Shown here piece after piece: positions 41,820 through 53,754 of a DNA stretch of 64,000 nucleotides. Below the pieces are notes generated by a model. That model had not been told where the DNA came from, did not search any database, and saw only the letters and a program-made list of their open reading frames with translations. Location of the stretch: assembly GCF_000315625.1 (NCBI RefSeq), contig NW_005434595.1, positions 173,826 through 237,825 on the forward strand, in the 5' to 3' direction. The first letter of the stretch is position 1. Each line of letters starts with the position of its first letter. The translations under genes were made by a program, and so were the position numbers. This stretch comes from Guillardia theta CCMP2712. Taxonomy: Eukaryota; Protista; Cryptophyta.

Positions 41820-42640
41820 CACTTTTTCAGGGGGACGTCCAGGACCGATGGTGCCATGGTGGGTACTCTCTTATCTGTCTAGGGTACCCAGGGGTAGTCT
41901 AGAATACCCCTACTTTTGACTTTTGATGAACGTTATGAATGTAGGTAGGGTACCTACCCTTCCCTTATGGTTCCCTTTGAAGAAGTTGGAGGACCTGTAC
42001 CCTTTGAACCTTCTTATAAAGATTTGTTGACCATTTTAATTATCTGTGATTTGTACTGTTTATAACCAACAAAAAAGATTATCGTTACTGATAAAATTAA
42101 AAATATGTTTAAAATGTTTCTTGTTTCGGTACAGAAGTGATTCATGGAATCCATTCCAGTACAAGAGGTGGTGCAAATAATCATAAAATGATGGTATTAA
42201 AATAGTTATAAAGCACAGGCCGGGCCCGGTCGCGATCGGACCGCACTTGACATCCGGGCCGGGGCCACTGCACAGCGGCACCTTTATCAAGTTTGCAGGA
42301 TGATCATCGGATGCGTTGCTCTCTCTCAGTGTGTCCCTGGCAGCCGCACTGCCAGGCTGCGCGCAGTGGCTGGCGGGCCCGGCCAGCCTGAGCGGCCGGG
42401 CCGCCGGGGCCCTGGCGGCAAGACTCAGGCCGCTGTCACGGTTCGAGTCAGGCCGCCGCGTGACTCAGTGATCCGACCGTCCGACTTGGCAAACTGAAAC
42501 GCATCCGATGGCCGGTCCAGGACCACACTGGTCCTTCACTCACTGGCACCATCCAATCATCCGCGGCGGGGCACTGCCAGAGTGCGGGCCGGGCCGGGCG
42601 GCCCGGACGGGGGCCGTCCGGGCCGGGATCATCATGATGG
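41820..42640. promoter_or_regulatory. TACCC/GGGTA block, AT block and CCGG/TGACTCA block in a divergent promoter
   Basis: Palindromic GGGTACCC-type words at 41860-42005, AT-rich 42010-42210, GC/CCGG-rich 42220-42630 with TGACTCA at 42461. Confidence 0.5.
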
Positions 42641-43481
42641 TAGAAGTAACGGCTCCTGACTACAAGTCAAGTTTTGTTATTGGACTATTTTTGTACCAGA
42701 AATAAGATGTAATTCTCTTATTAGCACCAAAAGTGCCTGATAACGGGTTTCAACGTATCTCCCCGGCGTCAAATCGAACATTCCCCGCTTGCTGGATTCC
42801 CCGCCATGAGCTTCGTAAGTTCCCGACCCACTGCGCGTGAGAGGAGAGGAGAGGGAGAGGAGAGGGAGAGGGAGAGGGAGANNNNNNNNNNNNNNNNNNN
42901 NNNNNNNNNNNNNNNNNNNNNNNNNNNNNNNNNNNNNNNNNNNNNNNNNNNNNNNNNNNNNNNNNNNNNNNNNNNNNNNNNAACGCTGGTCTCTCAAAGC
43001 TCTTCTGACTACGCATGAAAGGTGTCTTTCACTTCTTTGAACCGGAGTGGCATGGAGAGGAGAAGAGAGGATAGGATTGGAGAGGAGAGGAGAGGGGAGC
43101 GGAGAGGAATGAGAGGAGAGGAGAGGAGAGGAGAGGAGAAGAGAGGAGAGGAGAGGAGAGGAGAGGAGAGCACTGAGAGAAAAGGGTGAGCAGGGCAGAG
43201 CAGAGCAGGCAAGATGGAGGCGGCGGAACCAAGGTTGGTTGACTCAACCAGGGGACTGGGACGCGAGACGCTGCAAGGAGAATGGGAGTGATTAGAGGGA
43301 ATGAGAGGGCGATAATGAACATCTAAGAGCTACGAGAAAGTATTGGAAGAGGCAAAATTGCCAAACCTGTTGAACCATCTTCCTTCTTTCCTCCACTCTT
43401 TGCTCTGTTTCTCTGCGTCACCTCTTCATCTCTTTCTTCTTGCTCTTGAATCAACTCTGCTACCTTATATCCGTTTTTCTC

Positions 43482-44899
43482 CCTTCCGTCCCCTTCCCCC
43501 TTCCTCCTTCAACATTCACTTGACCCTGCCCTGTCCTCGCAGACTTCGGGACTGCGCAAGGCCAGGAGCAAGCTCTCCAGCACCTCCCCTGCTACATCCG
43601 AGGTGAGCGCACGCCAAGGGGAGGGAGGGGAGGGAGTGACGCGGCGGCAGACGGAGCAGTGGGATGTGGAGATGTTCGCGGGGCAGCCGACGCCGAGGAG
43701 CGCGCGAGGGGTGAGGGAGGAGGAGGGGGGAGAGGAAGGAGAGAGTGAGAGTAGAGGCCATGGCAGAACGCGCAGAGCACGGCGGTGGCGAAAGGGAAGA
43801 TGCCAGCGAGTCTGAGGATGTCGGGAAGGGATATGACTCCGCCACCATCGGTGAGGAGTGGGAGGAGGGAGGGGAAGGCGAAGAGAAGCGGAGAGGAGAG
43901 GAGGGGAGAGCAGGGGGGAATAGAGGAGGGAGGGTAGAGGGGGGAGGAAAGGATGGAGGGAGAGGGGGGGAGGAGGAGGGGGAAGCGCGGGTAAGAGATG
44001 ACAAGTGAATCAGGACATTTGGGAACAAATTGTAGAGCAAACTCGTGAATCACGAAGCCCTCGAGGGAGGATGAGTAGCGCCCAACCAACACCACGAAAT
44101 GGTAGGGGAGGGGAGGGGAGGGGGGAGGGATGGAGAGAGGAGAGAGGAGGAGAGCGAGAGCGAGAGGAGGAAAGGAAGATTGATTGTGAAAGATGCCACT
44201 AGTGTTCATTAGCTTGTGATTTTGATTTGCAGGGCACGAGAGTCACTTTCAAAAGGAGGACAACAACTCCACAAGCCCATCGAACGATGTTGATCCTTGT
44301 CGTGTTTGTTGATTGAGAATGACGTCTTGAATGCAAAGATTGCAAGGCTGAAGAGATATGTCGTTACCCTCAAGAAGAAAATCACTGAGCTTGAAAAACG
44401 AGATGCTGACAAAGAAACAAGAATCTCAGTAAGAATTCACAATCGTCCTATTCCCCAAGATGTGCTTCATGTCCCGATCCTCCTTGTTACTTTCAATCCT
44501 GGTCAATCAGAAACCACTCCCTTTTACCCTTGGTCTTAACATACCTCTCTTAATCTTCTTCTTTCCCTGTCGTCATTCCAGTTGTGCAGGTACTGGAATC
44601 GCTAGTGATTGTTCTCGCACGAGGACAAGGCTTGAAGCTTCAGTATGTGGGAGCAGACGAGAAACTGGGGCTGCAGGAAGTCGAAGAGAATGAAGGAAGA
44701 AGAGCCAACGGAGGGAGGAGGGCGAACTATCAGGCAAGGAGAGGAGGGAGAAAGGAGAGGAAGAAGAGAAAGGAGAGGAGGGAAGGGGGGGGGGGGGAGG
44801 AAGAGGAGGAGATGGGGAGAGGAGGAAGATGATAACGCTTGGACGAGCAGGGGAGGAGAGTTGAAGAGGACGGCGAGAGCGAAGTTTCTGAGGCTCAAC
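43482..44899 (+). CDS. Unknown coiled-coil protein, copy 1 (inner arm B of the inverted duplication); spliced, ends uncertain
   Basis: GT-AG exons TSGLRKARSKLSSTSPATSE|TEQWDVEMFAGQPTPRSARG|RPWQNAQSTAVAKGK..|DIWEQIVEQT..|..KRYVVTLKKKITELEKRDADKETRIS|..VLESLVIVLARG, conserved with the copy at 48235-49506. Confidence 0.65.
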
Positions 44900-45783
44900 C
44901 TCGAACGGTAGACATCTTCAGTTGCAGTGCACGCAATGAAATCTCGTTTCAGGCTACCAGGAGAAGCTTNNNNNNNNNNNNNNNNNNNNNNNNNNNNNNN
45001 NNNNNNNNNNNNNNNNNNNNNNNNNNNNNNNNNNNNNNNNNNNNNNNNNNNNNNNNNNNNNNNNNNNNNAGGAAAATGTCTACTTGTGTTGTTTCATTCT
45101 TGATGGAAATATTGAGAGCAGGAGAGGGGATAGTGAGGAGATATAGTTTGTTGATCTCAGATGGCAACAATCTGTGCTTGTGATCTCCTCAATCTTCAAT
45201 GATGTAGGTTGTTAATGTAACTTGTACTTTGGGAGCGGTTTGTTTTTGATGAAACATCATGACAGCAATGTTCTCATATTTCATTTTACTTTTACAACGC
45301 TGGTGAAGCGAAAGCAGCGAATGTCAATATCAGACAATCCCACTGAGAATTTCATTTCACCACATGAGTTTTCATACATACATACCCACCGGGGAGGAAA
45401 ATTTTGATGTCCAGAGCTGACTGGAGCCACATGATGAAAAAGAAGTTTGACAACTTGTCAAGAGCTCAAACCGCAGGAGAAGCAAGAGCCTCTCTGTCTT
45501 CAGTGAAGCCTTGCAAGGCGATCGGCTCGCAATGCAGCAACAACGGAAGAGCACTGGAGACAGTGGAGAGGAACGACAGGGTCCTGGGCGGTGCAGACAT
45601 TCTGAAGACCGAAGACAACTCTGTGATTACACGTCATGTGGTGGAATATGGACGAGGAGAAGACGACATGAAGCAAACGATAGATATCATGGTGAGATGA
45701 ATGTAGTGGGTGTAGTAGTACTCCAGGGAAGCTAGCTGGAATCATACGAGTCAGGGGAGAGAGAAGAAAGGAGAGATAGGAGA

Positions 45784-47983
45784 CTAGAACAGGAGAGGAG
45801 AGGAGAGGAGAGGAGAGGAGAGGAGAGGAGAGGAGAGGAGAGGACAAGGCGAGGGCAGAGGGCAGTAAATAGGACGAGTCGAGAAGAAGGTAGTCAAAGA
45901 CAAAGGATCAGAGGAAGGGTTATCAAGCTCACTCTTTCTTTTGCGAAACACCATGACGGCATCTTTTGCGTCCGATACCTGCAGTTTGCTATCTCGTCTT
46001 TCACTTTCTTTGAACATCCCTGTGGGATCGACAACGATCAAGGCAAGACAACGATCATGGTCAAGGTCAAGAGGAAGTGCGAAGATAGTGAGAAGAGGGG
46101 GAGAGGAGGGAAGGAAAGCTGATAGAAGTCGTAGGTGGATGGGGAGGGAGGGAGGGAGGGAGGGAGGGAGGGAGGGAGGGAGGGAGGGAGGGAGGGAGGG
46201 AGGGAGGGAGAGAGAGGCAGGAAGAAGAAAATCCGTCAACTCACCGCATCACTGCAAGTTTGTCCCCAAGAGATTGTACAAACACGTTCAGAGAAAGGCA
46301 AAGACAAGAAAAAAGTCTCACTATGATATCTCGTCCACGTTCTGCACAAACATCATAACAACTGTCGATCTCAACACCATCTGATCATCAACTTTCAGCC
46401 CCCGACGATCTCTCAACAGAGGCAGCACCTGAACGTCGTTCTGAGTGAGAATAAAGTGACAACCAACAGCCTTGAGCAGATGGTGAGAAGACGCAGACGA
46501 TGACAACAACAACCGTAAGAGCCAGCCAGGTGATGGCGTTGGTCGTGACTGCAAGAAGAAAAACTGCAGATCTGTCTCGCACTTCACTCCCTCCCTCTCC
46601 TTCGCTCTTCTCCTCTCACCGGGTGATGCTGGAGATGTGGATGGGGTAGATGATATCGTCTTCCCCTTCCTCTCTCCTCTTCTCAACGCTGAACAGACAG
46701 ACCAACATCGCTGTCTTGAGACGGTTGATCGCTTGCGTCATCAGCGTCAGGTAGACTCCAATGGCCGCGAGCTGCAGGGGGATGGGAACGTTGCAGAAGA
46801 GCGAGTCTCGCACGGACGGGCATGACTGAAGGACGAGAAGATCATGAGACGCAACGTCCGCGAGGCAACAGATCAGGCGAACCTGCCAGAGGTACCACGC
46901 GAAAGCAGCTTGAACGAAGAAGGCGAGGAGAATCATCTGGTACGCGTGCAAATCATTCTCCTCCTCACCCTTCTCCTCTTCCTCCTCCTCCTCCTGCATC
47001 CCCCAGCTCTTCCTCCCTCCTCCTAGCCTGCCTCCTAGTGTTGTTCCTCACCGGACCAGCTTTGACGATTGCATTGAATAGTCCTTCTTGAAACGCAAGG
47101 TGAATAAAAGCACCGTACGCATTCTCCGAGTTCTGAAACCGACATGTCAGTAGCAGCAACGACGACGACGACGACGACGACGACAACAACAACAACAACA
47201 TTATCATCATCACAGGGATTTGAAATCGGCAAACACAACTCTATTTGTGCCTCACGGACCTTCTCCCACTCCACTCTCTGTACATTTCTGAACCATCTCA
47301 TCCTAGCAACCCTCCGCTCGCTACCATCATATCCCCCTAAACCCCTCCTTCATATCAGAATCCTCTCTCACCTGAATCCACATGGTGAGATCTTCGTCAT
47401 CCTCCTCCTCAGCTCTCCGACCGTCTTCAAGCTCCTGTCAGATCAGACCCTTGTCAACACATCGCGTCAACAGCTTGATGAAAGAATGCACTTGTTCCAA
47501 CATCCCTCCTCCTAAGCTTCTGTGCGACATTCGTGATGGATTAATGTCTGCAAACGATCTTCAAGGGGAGAACAACACGAGCATCGCTTCATACGCGGAG
47601 AGTGTGTTGTCAAGGCTCCTGGCCCAGCTGAGAACCTTGATCGACTGGCTCTCATGCTTGCTTGAAGTTTCGATGGTCGCAACATCCGCATCTTTCCTCG
47701 CCGTCACCTTAATCTCTCATCTCCTCCTCCTCGCACCCTCTGGATCTTCGACGTCCGGATCATACCCTTCGGCTCCTCTCCATCATCCTCATCCTGACCA
47801 GAAGCGTCAAGTCTCGTTCGCCTGCTCCTCTCCCTCGTCCGTCCGTCCCTCTCCCCCCCGTTCCTCTCCCCCCAGCTCCTCCGGCCTTGTCCTCCTCAGG
47901 TGCTTCACCGATTCGAAGTCCTGGTCGCTTCCTGTCTTCTTGGGCATCACATGCATGATCGACTCCTCCTTCGGGCCCGTCAT
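45784..47983 (-). CDS. Hypothetical multi-pass membrane protein in the spacer of the inverted repeat
   Basis: Spliced hydrophobic exons ENAYGAFIHLAFQEG, AYQMILLAFFVQAAFAWYLWQ, PLQLAAIGVYLTLM, AVFLLAVTTNAITWLALTVV, MVLRSTVVMMFVQNVDEI. Boundaries approximate. Confidence 0.55.
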
Positions 47984-48234
47984 CGCTGGTACCGACAAAG
48001 AGTGAAATCTTACAAGGCTGTGTGAGATCGCTTCACTCGACTCTGACTGGACTGATGGTCAGCGCACTGCCACCAACTTCAAAGATTGTCGAAAACTCAC
48101 CAAGTCGTTGTCAACATGCATCGGCGTCTTCTTCACTCGCTGTGGCAGGATAGATTTCATGTCAAGATGGAACTGAACGACTCTATCAGAGTTCGACTGT
48201 GTAGCTTTTGAAGCATGAAGAATTACGTTTGCTA

Positions 48235-49506
48235 GTTGAGCTTCAGAAGCTTCGCTCTCGCCGTCCCCTTCAACTCTCCTCCCCTGTCCGCCCAACCCTT
48301 ATCTCCCTCCTCTCCTTTCTCTCCCTCCTCTCCTTGCCTGATAGTTCGCCCTCCTCCCCCCGTTCGCCCTCTCCCCCGCTATCTCTTCGACTTCCTGCAG
48401 CCCCAGTTTCTCGTCTGCTCCGACATACTGAAGCTTCAGGCCTTTTCCTCGTGCAAGCACGATCACGAGAGATTCCAGCACCTGCGCAACTTGAATGAAA
48501 GCAGTGAAAGCAGAGGAAGTAACAGTGTCAAGTAACGGGGATGGAAAGACTGAATCGAGGCAGAACGGTGGTCTTACTGAGATTCTTGCTTCTTTATCAG
48601 CGTCCTTTTGTTCCAGCTCAGTGATCTTGTGCTTTAATGCGGTGACATACTTGTCAGGCTTCACTTCCGCCGTCTGTGGGAGGAAATCAATACAACACAC
48701 ATCAACAATGATGGTCGTTCACTGCGGTTGAGTGGCACAAAGTTGCAACAGCACTGAAGTCTGCTGTTTGATTTGGCTTCGTAGGATTTCCTGAGTCACA
48801 ACATGATCAGCTCCTCTGCCTCACCATCTCCTAGACCGTTGCTCCTTCACAGTAACGATAACTCCCTCTCCCCTTTCTCGCTGTCCCATCTTGGTCCTTA
48901 CCGTTCCGCGGTGTTGGTTGCGCGCTGTTAGGATTGCTTCTTAGCTTCGTTCGAGGGCTCAACGAAATTTTCGTTTGCTCTACAATATGCTCCCAAATGT
49001 CCTGCAGAAAGGTTTTCAGTGGATGCTCTCCACCTTCGCCCCTGATCATTTCTGCTCTCAACAAGCACACTGCTTCCTCCCCCTCCCTCCACTCCCCTCC
49101 CTCCTCCCACTCCTTCCCACTCCTCACCGATGGTGGCGGAGTTGCTTCTGCATCGGACACCCTTGGTGTAGTTGACCTTGAAGATCGCTTCCCTTTCGCC
49201 ACCGCCGTGCTCTGCGCGTTCTGCCATGGCCTCTACTCTCACTCTCTCCTTCCTCCCCCCCCCTCCTCCTCCCTCACCCCTCGCGCGCTCCTCGGCGTCG
49301 GCTGCCCCGCGAACATCTCCACATCCCACTGCTCCGTCTGCCGCCGCGTCACTCCCTCCCCTCCCTCCCCTTGGCGTGCGCTCACCTCGGATGTAGCAGG
49401 GGAGGTGCTGGAGAGCTTGCTCCTGGCCTTGCGCAGTCCCGAAGTCTGCGAGGACAGGGCAGGGTCAAGTGAATGTTGAAGGAGGAAGGGGGAAGGGGAC
49501 GGAAGG
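48235..49506 (-). CDS. Unknown coiled-coil protein, copy 2 (inner arm B'); ends uncertain
   Basis: Reverse-complement match to 43482-44899, e.g. DIWEHIVEQT, KYVTALKHKITELEQKDADKEARIS, VLESLVIVLARGKGLKLQYVGADEKLG. Confidence 0.65.
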
Positions 49507-49929
49507 AAAGCAGAACGTTGTAGATACAAATCAGAGTGGCAGGGAGAGAAGGGAGAGCAAAAGAGATGGTCAAACGTATGTAGAGAGTATAGGAGGCTAT
49601 GTCTTGCAGTGTTTGAGAGGTGAAGTAACTCAGTGACAAGGCTTAGCAAGATCGGCTTGCTGACACGTGTGTGTCGGAGGTGACGATCGAGGTGGGCAAT
49701 ATGGTACAACTCAGCCATGGTGGGGGAAGGAGTCAGCCATGGAACGAGGAGACACGTCATGAAAAGGACGAATCTGCTCATCACGTTCAGCTCGGTACCG
49801 GGAGCTCCGCCATGGAGGCGATATTTGACCTTCTGCCGAGGAATAACAGGAAAATATGCTATTTGTACCAATGATTTATTGAATTGACACTACTAAGAGA
49901 AATTCGACTTATTAAGTGAAATGGTAGCA

Positions 49930-50560
49930 ATTTGAAACAAGGGTCGGAAGGGGTCAATTTCCCTACAAATGACGGGGTACTGCATGCAGACTGGGGAGCT
50001 GACAGACATGCAGTACCCCATTTGATCAACCAGAAAAGGGGGGTAGTGGTGGAGGTACAGTTGTATCTCCAGTGCAGTTCCGACCCTTGATCCTTTTTGA
50101 TTATAAATTTGTACTGTGTAAGGAGTTAAAATGTTATTGAAATATTTTGTGTTATAAATTGGTCATATCCCGGTGACCAAGAAGTTGTACCAAACTTCTC
50201 TTCTAAAGGCTCCGGGCCGCCGGGGTCACGAGTCACTCACCAGTGCAGCTCCGGCACCAGATGCTCGGGCCCGGCCCGCTCCGAGCCGCTCGGTGCGGTG
50301 ACGCCGCGGCAAGAGGCTCTGATCCGATGATCAGTCCGACACTGCGGACTGGCGGCCGCGGGCCCGGGGGGCGCGGCACTACTCAGTGGCTGCCAGTATA
50401 TCCGAAGCCTAGAAAATGCCCAAACCGTGCCGCAGGCTCCGGAAGCGGGCCCGGCCACCGGGGGCTCGGAGTCACTACCCGGCGTTCCGTGTGACGGTGA
50501 AAGATTTGCGGAGTGGCAGACCCGCGGCCTAACTGACTTCCAGAGTCACGACGCTCAGTA
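49930..50560. promoter_or_regulatory. GGGTA block, AT block and CCGG/GAGTCA block upstream of copy B'
   Basis: Same three-block order as 41820-42640; contains a 13-bp inverted repeat. Confidence 0.45.
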
Positions 50561-50751
50561 GCCCAAAGACTCTGTGACTTCCGAAAGGTTTGAGGATTCA
50601 TTTCTACTCATGAGCGAGCAAATCTCATTTGGCAAGGATAGGCAAGACACTATGAGAAAGCTCCATGAGGTCGTTAGATTGGAATGAGAGCTCAGGAGAT
50701 AGGTCCTCCCCTCTCAATCCGCCCTCAGACCACCTCGCGCTGCTTATCCTC

Positions 50752-52319
50752 TTACTTGGCTGAGAAGGGGTTGAGGCTAGGAACGCCGGATTCCGACCTA
50801 GTGCCCTCGGAGAGCTACAGAGATTGGAGGAAGGAAGAGGATCAGAGAAGAGATACGAGGAGAAGCGAGCCTACCTTCTCGATCTGGGCGTCTACCTTGG
50901 TGCTCCTGCTCCTCAGCTTTTGCTCAAGGCTGCACCATCGACAGTATTACAAAGTCTTGACGAGGAGGAGGAGGAGGAGGAGGAGGAGGAGGAGGAGGAG
51001 GAGGAGGAGGAGCTTACGAGCTGATTTCGTTGCTCTCGAATCTCTCCTTGCCCGTGGCACCTGGGAACGTCATTTTCCTCGTATCAGGGGGAGAGGGTCT
51101 ACCAGCGACGGACTGCCTTCCAGGCCTGCTCCTCTGCAGAGGAAGACTCATTAAAAGGCAAGGCAACAAGGAATGGGGTAGTCAAACCTTAGGAGCGTCC
51201 AAGTTGAGCTTGACGCCCTCGGTTTCAGACTGCAAGACAATGAGGCTGGCCCAGCAACAAAGTTGCGGTTCTCAGAGGAAGCAAGAAGAATCGACGCGGA
51301 TGAAGGTGAGTGGAAATGAATGGAAATGACGACATGAATACAGGTGAGCAAGAGGACTAGCAGGATCGAACCTCAGCCTTTGGCTCTTTGGACTTGACCT
51401 CGCCGAACTTGGGCATGCTCATCTGGAATCAACAACCGATCAAACACCCTGGAAAGCTTGATCGAAGGTCGTTTCACCTTCCTTGCTGGCTTCGGAGCAT
51501 CTCCTTCTTCTTCTGAGAGAGTAGATGTGTCAGCAGAGGATGGGAGGACGCAATTTCAAGTTGCAATCGTTGAAAAGAACTTCATGTCTGAGCGCAAACT
51601 TAGTACCTTGAGCAGCCTTCTTCCTCTGGGGTCCAAGCTTGGGCACCGTGAAGCCTTAGATGAAGGTCACCATCATCACCGCGATAGTTTCTGGAACCGC
51701 TCACCAGGTTTCTTGCTAACGGGCTCCGGGGCAGGGCCGTCAAGATCTACCCCGAGATCCTTGGATGCCTTTGCGCACCGTGAGGTCAACGAGGTTCGCA
51801 ACAGTTCAAAGTCACCTTCTTCCTGGAAGCACTCTCTGTGATCGACTGGAGTGCCGGCGGCATCAGGTTGAGTCCTGCAGCCTGACATGTTGGCATCAGC
51901 AGGACGGAACACTGACATAGGCACCCACATCCGCTGACTTGGCAGCGAGCACTGGAAGAGTGAGCAGGGTTGATGCGATTGCAGCCCGACGACTCAGCCG
52001 CTCCTGAGCAGCAGCAGGGAGCTTATCAGCACCATAACAACATGGTGTTCGACTTCATACCTCTGAGGACATGGCGAGCGAGGCGACATTGCATGCAGCT
52101 CCAGCTCGAGCTGAAAAGGGATCAGATGGTTTGTACGAGGACAAGAAGAATAAGAGGAACCGGAGACGGGCTTCAAAGCAGGAGAGCTGACGTATGCCTG
52201 AGTGAAGGAAATGGATGTCAACCGGCCAGCAGCCCTTCGTTGACATTCACCTCAACCGAGGAGACTTGGCAGGACAAAGCTGCAGTAGCAACGATGCCAA
52301 TGGACTTCCAGGAAGGCAT
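50752..52319 (-). CDS. Putative thylakoid-lumen protein with tripartite targeting (signal peptide + transit peptide + Tat signal), 14 small exons
   Basis: Phase-consistent GT-AG splicing gives MPSWKSIGIVATAALSCQVSSVE|A-YVSSPALKPVS|ARAGAACNVASLAMSSE|ERLSRRAAIASTLLTLPVLAAKSAD|A-AGLNLMPP...VPSLNPFSAK*. Confidence 0.75.
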
Positions 52320-52683
52320 TCTAGTTTCTGGGATAACAAAACGTCATGATCAGGTAGAGCAGGATCGTCTTCCTTCTTCATTTTCCTTACATCTTCTTTA
52401 CTAGATTCCTGTCTGACAATTCTTCATCTCATCCCTCCTTTTCAAGCCTCCCGGATCTGCTTTATTCTCTTCTCTTCTCTTCTCTTCTCTTCTCCTCACC
52501 ATGATCCCATCTCTCATCTTCCTTCTCTCCTCTCTCCTCTCTCTGATCTCTATTATTATTTGAGTTTATTAGACTGTTAGTCGAGGATTTCATACCTAAG
52601 AACTATTGCTCTCTGCGCATCTCTCGCCTATTTATCCGTCTAAAGGGGTTCCCAACCTTGGGAGGTCGGCCCTTTGCCGATCT

Positions 52684-52735
52684 CTAAACCCTAAATCCTC
52701 TAATCTCTAAATCCTAAACCCCAAACTCTAAATCC
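52684..52735 (+). repeat. Degenerate interstitial telomere-like (CCCTAAA)n tract
   Basis: ctaaaccctaaatcctctaatctctaaatcctaaaccccaaactctaaatcc, about 7 units. Confidence 0.6.
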
Positions 52736-53265
52736 TCTCCCTATCTCTCCTCTACTCGCCTCCCCTCCACTTAATCTTCCTCCTCCTTCTCCTCTCCCAG
52801 CCTTCACTCATCCTCCCTTCTCTTCTGTGCTGTACTGTTCTGCCCACCACCTTACCCCCCTCCCCCCCGCCCCCCCTCTCCTCCTCTTCTCTCCTCTCTC
52901 CCTCCTCCCTCCTCCCTCCTGTCGCCTTGTATCGCCTCTCGGGGATCGTATTTCGTCAGCCATCTTCTGACATCTTTTATGCCTCATCCCCGCGCAGGTT
53001 TCTAGGATATTTCTCTGCGACTGCTGTTCTAAATGACACTGTCTCTGATGCAAATTCTAGAACTTGTCCTAGATTTGACCCAGTTTCTGCAATTTTACAC
53101 AACCCCAATTTCGACCACCCCTACCCCCATTTTCACTCACAAATATATGGATAGTACCCGGTACTTCAGTATCTGGCTGGTCAGTCCACCTCCTTTCCTT
53201 TTCAATAGGCGTAACTCTACGACAAATTACAGAAATGGGAGTAGGCGCAGGCGCACGTAGAAAGA

Positions 53266-53408
53266 AGCAGCAGGAGCAGCAGGAGCAGCAGGAGCAGCAG
53301 GAGCAACAGGAGCAACAGGAGCAGCAGGAGCAAGAGAAACAACTGGAGCAATAGGAGGAGGAGGAGGAGGAGGAGGAGGAGGAGGAGGAGGAGGAGGAGG
53401 AGGAGGAG
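53266..53408. repeat. (GAGCAGCAG)n and (GAG)n microsatellites upstream of ABCG copy 2
   Basis: Tandem arrays visible in the sequence. Confidence 0.9.
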
Positions 53409-53754
53409 CGACCTGAATATTGGCAGGAAAAATTAGATGAGAAAAGAGATTGAATTAGTTTTCAGACTGAGATGGAAACGATCTAAGGGGATGCCACCTT
53501 GTAGAGCAAAACGGCGAACAGGAAGATTTGAGTTTGGAAGCCAAAGTATCGACGATAGCTGACGAAAAAGTTTACAGGACCGTCCAGAGGGCCTGATTGT
53601 CCTTCCAGAAGGCTTTCATTCTCCAAAGGGTAGATTATTGAACCTGATCGTGAGATTGAAGATGCCAGAATCTGCTGAGCTGGTTGATTGATTGCATGCA
53701 CAATGACTTCATTCTTTTTCGTCATTGATTTGTGCTGGTGATCGCTTTCCAACC

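Noticed and set aside
45404-45700. 98-aa + strand ORF in the spacer
   Set aside because: It could be a 3' exon of gene B, but it has no counterpart in B' and is cut off by a gap, so I cannot support it.
50684-52404. + strand ORFs (156, 99, 127 and 144 aa)
   Set aside because: The minus-strand 14-exon model, with consistent splice phases and targeting signals, explains the region better.
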